DNA of 64,000 nucleotides from Octopus vulgaris. Its lineage: Eukaryota. Location of the stretch: contig OX597819.1 in assembly GCA_951406725.2 (NCBI GenBank), positions 22,010,001-22,074,000 on the forward strand, given 5' to 3'. Under the pieces are notes generated by a model, which saw only the letters and a list, made by a program, of their open reading frames with translations, did no database searches and was not told the DNA's origin. Made by a program: the position numbers and the translations under genes. The stretch's first letter is position 1. The number at the start of each line of letters is the position of its first letter. Below, one piece after another: positions 55,172-64,000 of the stretch.

Positions 55172-55761
55172 GTATGTGTGTGTGTGTGTGGGTGGGTGTA
55201 TATTGTATGCATATATATATGTGAATATATATGTGTACATATTACATGTACATCTATATATATATATACATCTACACATATACATATACATCTATATGTA
55301 TAGAAATAAATGCATACAAATACATCTATATGTATAGAAATAAATGTATACATATACAGCTATACACACATACACATACACACACGCATAAGATAGGTGC
55401 AGGTGTGACTGTGTGGTAACAAAATTCGTTCCAAAACACATGGTCCTTGGTCTATATTTAAATTTAAAATAATAAGGGTGAGAAATTGAATATAAACTTG
55501 ATTAATATGAATAGAAAACCAGAGGTGTAGCATATAATACTATAGCGGATCTTCTTCTAGCAAAATGGATGTCCACTGTTAATGGTTCATCCCTTTTATA
55601 TAATAGTTTGACTTTAATAGTTTCAGTATTAAAGTGAAAGTATCTAACATTACAATAGAGAGATGTTCTTGTTTCACTTTTAACACGTAATACTGAAATA
55701 GTGGAGAAGATAGGCAAGAAATTAGAAATTCTTTTTACCCATGACACTACATGGACCCTAA

Positions 55762-55976
55762 GTAAGGCATGTGTAAAATTTGAATGAAATTGGTTGTGTA
55801 TTTCTCAAATTTTAGGGATTCATAGTGGGGAAGATATGATACTGCTGTGTGCTCGCCCTAGGCAAAAAGTTTTAAAGAGAATGTGTGTGTGTGTGTGTGT
55901 GTCTGTCTGTCTGTGTGAATCCCTAAAACTTGAGAACTACTCTACCAATTTCATTCAAATTTTACACATGCCTTAC
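55762..55976. repeat. 61-bp inverted repeat (55762-55822 / 55916-55976)
   Basis: gtaaggcatgtgtaaaatttgaatgaaattgg...tttagggattca against tgaatccctaaaa...ccaatttcattcaaattttacacatgccttac. Confidence 0.8.
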
Positions 55977-56373
55977 AAAAATGCCTTGGTTGAGCTCAAC
56001 CAACCAATCAGCTTAAGTAATTGAGTGATACTACACACTGATTGGTCAGAATACAGTTTGCAAAACCTAGCACTCTGGAGCCTACCCAGCTGTATTTATA
56101 GCACAGAATCACTCATCTTGCTACAGTCAAAAAATTGTGAAGCATGACTGTCAACACTACTACATGAACCCGAAGATTGCAGAATTCAATGCATGAAAGT
56201 ACTAGTTCAATCAGAATGAATATTTAACATTCTACTATTTCATTTTATTTTATTCAATTATAATATATTATCTTATAATATATCATTATAAGATTGTAAA
56301 TAAAACGTGAAAATCAGACAAGGTTGGAATTCTTTTTATTAATATATTCTTCTATACACAATCACACACACAC

Positions 56374-56422
<49 letters not shown>

Positions 56423-56438
56423 TATATATATATATATA

Positions 56439-56856
56439 GGCGCAGGAGTTGCTGTGTGGTAAGTTGCTTGTTTACCAACCACATGATTCTGGGTTCAGTC
56501 CCACTGCGTGGCATCTTCGGCAAGTGTCTTCTACTACAGCCTCGGGCCGACCAAAACCTTGTGAGTGGATTTGGTAGACGGAAACTGAAAGACGCCCGTC
56601 GTATATATGTATATATATGTGTGTGTGTGTGTGTGTATGTTTGTGTGTCCGTGTTTGTCCCCCTAGCATTGCTTGATAACCGATGCTGGTGTGTTTATGT
56701 CCCCGTCACTCAGCGGTTCAGCAAAAGACACCGATAGAAAACTACCAGGTTTGCAAAACAGTAAGTACTCGGGCTGATCCATTCAGCTAAAAATTCTTCA
56801 AGGCAGTGCCCCAACATGGCCACAGCGTAATGGCTGAAACATATAAAAGATAAAAA
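56439..56856 (+). mobile_element. SINE family C, full length
   Basis: Homologous to 30715-31115; begins at the edge of (TA)n. Confidence 0.88.
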
Positions 56857-57849
56857 GTTTCCTATGAAAACAAAGTTGTGAAAGTCATGGGTGGATTGAC
56901 TTGATGTATTTGTTAATTCATTTCATTTTAAACACTATTTGTCCTGTGTTGCTCCATGACTTTTTGTCTCATTCGCTTTTGCCTCCTGCAATGTCCAGCG
57001 ACCGGCAAAGGCTGGACAGGAACTGCCATTCGTCTTTCATCCTCTCTCTGCTAGTCATACTGATACAACCGCAAACAGGAACACAGCAAAATCACTAAAT
57101 GTCAGAGAACACGAAGAGACACCAGTTTTCTCTCTCACTCTCTTTCTTTCCCCTACACTCTCTCTTATTCTCCTTCTCCCCCCTCTCTCTCACTCGCAAA
57201 GACTCCAAAGCAGTTCTCTAGACACAAGTAACAGGCCATATATATGTCTTCCATTTATTTCATTTCTCATTTCTCATTTGATTTCCCTATTTTCTCAACA
57301 GCTTTTCTTCTTTTATATTTCATTCCTGTTTTACATTTTTCTGTTTTTCTTTTTCTCTATTACTGTTGTTTTTTAACATTGTTCTCCTTCTTCTTGCTAT
57401 TGTTGCTGCTGGTAGGAAGGGAAATCTTTTTTTATTTTTTCAAATTGTTTTCTTTTTAAAAGTATTTTCTTCTTTTTCCGTTGGGAACCGGTTTCTACAA
57501 GTATGTGTTTAATTTAGTGCAATAACGTGTAAACTTTATGTCCACTCTTGGGAAATTGTGAGAAAACATGAATAGCTCTCTATATTTATAAATTAATTCG
57601 GAACTAATTAGCAGACACCTTCTGTTCTTGTTATCGTTTATTAGTTGTATCGTAAGGAGGTTTTGAAAAACAGTCTCCCAGCGACAACTTTCTATTTCGT
57701 ATTAAGATTGATGATTCATTCATGAGTGTAAAGAATGGTATTTCCTTGTAGCAGAGTTTGTTTTTTTAACGAATAACAGACAGACAGACAGATAGAAAGA
57801 TAGATAGATATATAGACAGACAGATAGAAACATAGATAGAAACATAGAT

Positions 57850-59475
<1,626 letters not shown>

Positions 59476-59481
59476 TACACT

Positions 59482-59544
<63 letters not shown>

Positions 59545-59892
59545 GAAATATGTTTAGTTCTGTCGATTATTCAGATTTGGGCTTGTTTTGATTTTTTGTT
59601 GTTGTTCTATTTCGTTTGCCAATGTTTACGCTTTCAGCTATTATAATAGGTAAGTTCTCTAATGAGACAGGCGTTTCATACACTAGCAGGGCATGCCATA
59701 CTAACCATGTCACAACGCTTTCATTAAGGCTGTTTAGCTTTTCACTTGTGTTCAGGTAATTTCTGTTGATATTTGTGTAAGCCAAACTTCAATGTGTGCA
59801 TGTGTGCGCGTGTGTGTGTTTCTGTGCACACATATATATATATATTTCTTTTTATGTATATATATATATATATATGTACACACTCACAAAAG

Positions 59893-59942
<50 letters not shown>

Positions 59943-60072
59943 ATGTGTGTGTGCACAGAAGCACACACACGTGCACACATGCACACACGCACACACTTGG
60001 ATGATAGAGTCGCCATGATAGTTCGTTAGACACTACACACATTTCTTTCTTTCCTTGTTTTTTCCTGTGTCC

Positions 60073-60108
60073 CTTTCTGCAGAGGAGCGTAGGCTCGAAA
60101 CGTAAAAG
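60073..60108 (+). ncRNA. Hammerhead-like motif with variant core (family shared with 3464)
   Basis: CUUU-CUGCAGA-G-GAGC(GUAG)GCUC-GAAACGUA-AAAG: perfect stems, A6 replaced by C. Confidence 0.6.
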
Positions 60109-60195
60109 ACTTTTTCTATTCCTGAGCGTTATACTAATACATCTATTTGTTTTGTACGCCACATGTCTTCGTCTTTTGCTTTTTTCGTGAACTCT

Positions 60196-60261
<66 letters not shown>

Positions 60262-60269
<8 letters not shown>

Positions 60270-61413
60270 GGAGTATAACTCCAAACTTACAGGGAAAAAT
60301 TCAAATTAGTATTAAATCAAATTCCACAGTATATATGAAATATAAATTAGTTAATGACACGATTTTCGAGAGTTAAGTAAACCTTTTTAAGAAATTTTAT
60401 TGTATTCTACATAACTATTGATTGTTGAATTTGAATTTATAATTATTTTAGTTGTTAATGATAATTTAGATATGTACATTTATTTAATTATTATTAGTAT
60501 ATAATTATTACAACTCAACGTAAATTTTAAGATATTAGTTAGTCGCTGTTGTATATAGATTGTAAAATAGTAATAAGGTTTTTTTAAAGATAGGTTATAC
60601 GTTTTTAATTTGATTCTTAATGTTTGAATTGTATTTCATAAATATATTCTATAGATATTTATAATATTTATATAAGTAATAATGGACTAATTTATATAAT
60701 TTTGGTTATGTGTTTATATATTTATTGATAGAGAAAGTTTTAGATTTTTAATTACTATATTTGTTGATTACAATTTAGATACTTATTTTTATGTATTTAT
60801 TATTTTATAATTATTAGATGTGAACTTAAATCTAAAAATATTAATAGTGAAGTGATTATTTTGTTAAATAATTTGGTAATTAAATTTTGGCGTATAACTG
60901 ATTTAAAGGTATACGATAGTTTATTATGTTTTTTAAAGCCAAATTTTATCTTCAAAGATAAATACATATTTCTATCTATTTTGTTACCTTAAAAATTAAA
61001 TATTTAACATAATAAATGTGTGGTAGGAAATAATCCTAATGTTTCAAGTTTCAAATTTAGTTAATGGAGTTTTTTCTATATGATAAATTATTATTTTATT
61101 TATTTTTTAAAGAAATATTGTTTAATTCTATTTGCTTATTTATTTAAATATTATTATTAACCTGAAGATTGACTATAATTTTAAATTGAATATATTTCAA
61201 TTGAATTTAAGCTTAATTGTAATTCGAATTTAATTGTAGCCAGGAAAAGTACGTAGTTTTTTTACTTATTATATATTGATCATTCATTTTTATACTTTTT
61301 GAGATCTAGTTATAAGTTATATGTTTTATAAAAATATATATTATTTGTTATTTATGTTTTGGTTTATGTCTATCACTGTTTGAGTTGCATAATAGTGGTT
61401 TTATCTCTAATTT

Positions 61414-61427
<14 letters not shown>
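60262..61427 (+). mobile_element. Very AT-rich PLE-like non-coding element with inverted terminal segment, between (TA)n arrays
   Basis: tatatatgaaatataaattag (60330-60350) is the exact reverse complement of 61407-61427. HHR at 61159. Confidence 0.6.
61159..61258 (+). ncRNA. Hammerhead ribozyme with long stem II
   Basis: AAC-CUGAAGA-UUGACUAUAAUU...AAUUGUAGCCAG-GAAA-AGUACG-UA|GUU: 11 of 12 pairs in stem II; stem III is one change from palindromic ACGUACGU. Confidence 0.65.
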
Positions 61428-61468
<41 letters not shown>

Positions 61469-61726
61469 TTAAAATGAGGGTGAGAAATTTGATATTAATT
61501 TAATTAACATCAATTTCACACCAGTGGTCTAGTATATAAAAAATGTGATGGTTCAGTAAAATTGTATTATATACATATGAGAGGGATGACCACTATGTGG
61601 ACAACCCTTATGCTAGAAGTAGATCCGCTATGGTCTTACCACTAAGAAACGTTCTCAAGAAAAATTTAGCAAACACCAGAACGTAATCGAGCAAAGCAAA
61701 AGAAAAGCAATAAAAATATGGATTAT

Positions 61727-61798
61727 TCACATACATGTTTCACTATTAACATATTACGTAATTTTACTTACGCAATTGTTCATAGATCTTCGATGTGA
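61727..61798 (-). ncRNA. Decayed or variant hammerhead with long stem II
   Basis: UCACA-UCGAAGA-uCUAU..AACA.AUUGCGUAA(GUAAAA)UUACGUAAU.UGUU.AUAGu-GAAA-CAUG-UA|UGUGA. The core starts UC instead of CU. Confidence 0.5.
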
Positions 61799-62155
61799 CC
61801 GTCCATACAAATATAATTTGCAAAACTATATACTTTGACGCCCGTACAAAGTCGGATCTGTATATAGTTCTACCTATTACACTCGTGGTTACTATTCAAA
61901 TGTCTTCGTTTTGGCGCGCTAAATTACCGTAAAAAATAATTCTGCAGAAAATAATTTACTGCAGTGGCTTTTGCCGGTCAGGGAACGTATTAATTTAAAA
62001 AGGGAGATGGGATTATTTTCGAGCACTGGAGGTGGTTTGTATTCTCACCAGTTTTTATCATGTGGCTGGTCCAGGCAAAAAGTACCAGTGAAACACTGAG
62101 GGCGATGTAATTAACTATTTGAGGCCATATGCCTCCAGTTGTTATTCCTGTTCTT

Positions 62156-62238
<83 letters not shown>

Positions 62239-62272
62239 TAGTAGTAGTAGTAGTTGTTGTTGTTGTTGTTGT
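62156..62272. repeat. (TAG)n-(TTG)n microsatellite
   Basis: Direct inspection. Confidence 0.95.
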
Positions 62273-62296
62273 TAATATTATCATCATTATTTTTAT

Positions 62297-62468
62297 TGCG
62301 AGCTGACAGAATAGTTAACACGCTGGCAAAATGCCTAGCGGCATTTCATCCGTATTTACCCCGAGGTCGACGTTGTCTTTCATCCTATAGGAATTGAGGA
62401 ATTATGTACCAGTTGAATACTGGATCATCTACCCCTTCCATCGAACTTTGTGCCTTTGTGCCAAAATT
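62297..62468 (+). mobile_element. SINE family A copy (diverged, internally deleted)
   Basis: gcgagctgacagaatagttaacacg head and ccgaggtcgacgttgtctttcatcc core. Confidence 0.7.
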
Positions 62469-63274
62469 CTTGTACCACTCTAAATTTTTGAGACAACGGG
62501 GAGAACATGGAAACTAAGAGCGAATGAACTGTATCGTTATAGTAGAATGTAAGGAATACTTCAAGAAACAAACTAACCCCTGCAAAGAAAAATGTTTTCG
62601 GTATATTGAAACAGAAATTTCATTTAAGTGACAATTGGGTGCCAGGCATTGATTGACAAAAAGGTGAAACTATCTGTTGTCACCATGAGACACTGTAACC
62701 TAAACATTGGTCTCGTACCAGTGATATCGTGTTTTAAAGTCGAGGAGGTTAATTTATCTCAAACAACTCCACAGCAACTTGCCTTCTAACGGTTTGTAGA
62801 CGTTTAATATGATACACATATGGCAAAAAAAATTGAAACATAAAATTGGAACCCATAAAATTCGGACATATATAGAGTTGGACAATGATTTAAAGAGTGT
62901 GCATAAATAATTATGACATAAAAATCATTCCATTTGTAGTCTCATTGGACGGTTTATTGTCAGATTAAAACTAGATATTCCACAATGTCAAGTTACAATA
63001 ATAAATATAAGCGATATCCAAATACCAGACATCACAAACTGCAGAAATTCTCCAGAGTAAATTAAATATAATCAAGATTAACATTACGAAAATAATATAG
63101 TCACATATTATGGGAAATTCTGAGCAAAATTATGACTAGTGTTTAGCTTTCAAATACATATATGTATACGTATATATGAATTAAGCACACACGTATGTAT
63201 GTGTACACACATACACGAATACGCACGCACACACACACACACACACACATTCATGCACACACAAACACACAAAA

Positions 63275-63835
63275 ACATTACAACATTTCTTGGTAATACA
63301 GGAAGAACCGGTTTCTAACCTACATCCAACACCAACAGAGTATTTTTGCATATAAGTGTGTATATGTGCAGTATTTTGAGTCTGTACATGTGCAGATTTG
63401 CATGTTTTGTTTGATGTATATATTCTCACGCATGAACTTGCATACCTAGCCATGCCTATATATACTTAAATGATAAATTTCTAGTAAATTTTAGGAACTT
63501 TTACAGTTCCAGTGATAGATTGGATCTGTAGTCTTCGAATCAGCTTCATCCTTTCTGGTTTTGAGAGGTCTAATTTCTCAAGATTCGTACATAGGTAGCG
63601 TGTTATACATCTCACTGCCTCAATAATTACAGGTATAAACCTGAACTTGCAATCTAGGTAGAATAGCAGTATATTTCTTAATAGGTCAGCGTCGATATTT
63701 TCTCTGTCGTGGATCTTTCGTTTTATGGTGATACCACCGCAGGGTAGCTGATTTCTACTATTGTATTCAATTTGTCTTCTCTGTCCCAAATCACTGCGTC
63801 TGGTCTGTTTTGCTTATATTTATTGAGGTTTTCAA
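63275..63835 (-). mobile_element. 3' fragment of the (CATA)-associated R4/Dong-like RLE family
   Basis: FRFIPVIIEAV...TNLEKLDLSKPERMKLIRRLQIQSITGTVKV, plus the same 3' UTR as 50110-50440. Confidence 0.85.
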
Positions 63836-64000
63836 TGGGACAGTCTACAAGTACTATGAATGAATGTATGCATTTTACATTGCATCTTTTGTTTCATTTA
63901 TTAGGCTACAGTCATGCTGGAGCACTGCTTTGAAGAAATTTTAGCCCGATGAATCAACCCTAGTTTTCTTTTTAAGCCTAGTATATATTCTATCAGTCTT

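Overview
AT-rich, microsatellite-saturated eukaryotic DNA. The SINE families and repeat landscape look like a cephalopod (Octopus-like) genome; this is inferred from repeat recognition. I found no supportable host protein-coding exon, and nearly all ORF-track entries are microsatellite translations or transposon remnants. The window is a mosaic of decayed mobile elements: a mariner with both TIRs, two non-autonomous Helitrons, several tRNA-derived SINE families, R4/Dong-type RLE retrotransposons sitting in (TAA)n and (CATA)n arrays, Tx1/L1-, RTE- and CR1-type LINE fragments, a Gypsy integrase fragment and several Penelope-like element (PLE) fragments. The main hidden signal is at the RNA level: about a dozen type I hammerhead-ribozyme (HHR) motifs from unrelated repeat families, most with palindromic stem III suited to dimeric cleavage. 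Highlights are (i) a non-coding 493-bp tandem unit with one HHR per unit (retrozyme/circRNA candidate, 4741-5742), (ii) a tRNA-headed SINE-like element carrying an HHR (51683-52126), and (iii) core variants, including a compensatory G3-C8 swap (18324-18374). All folds were derived by eye and are untested.
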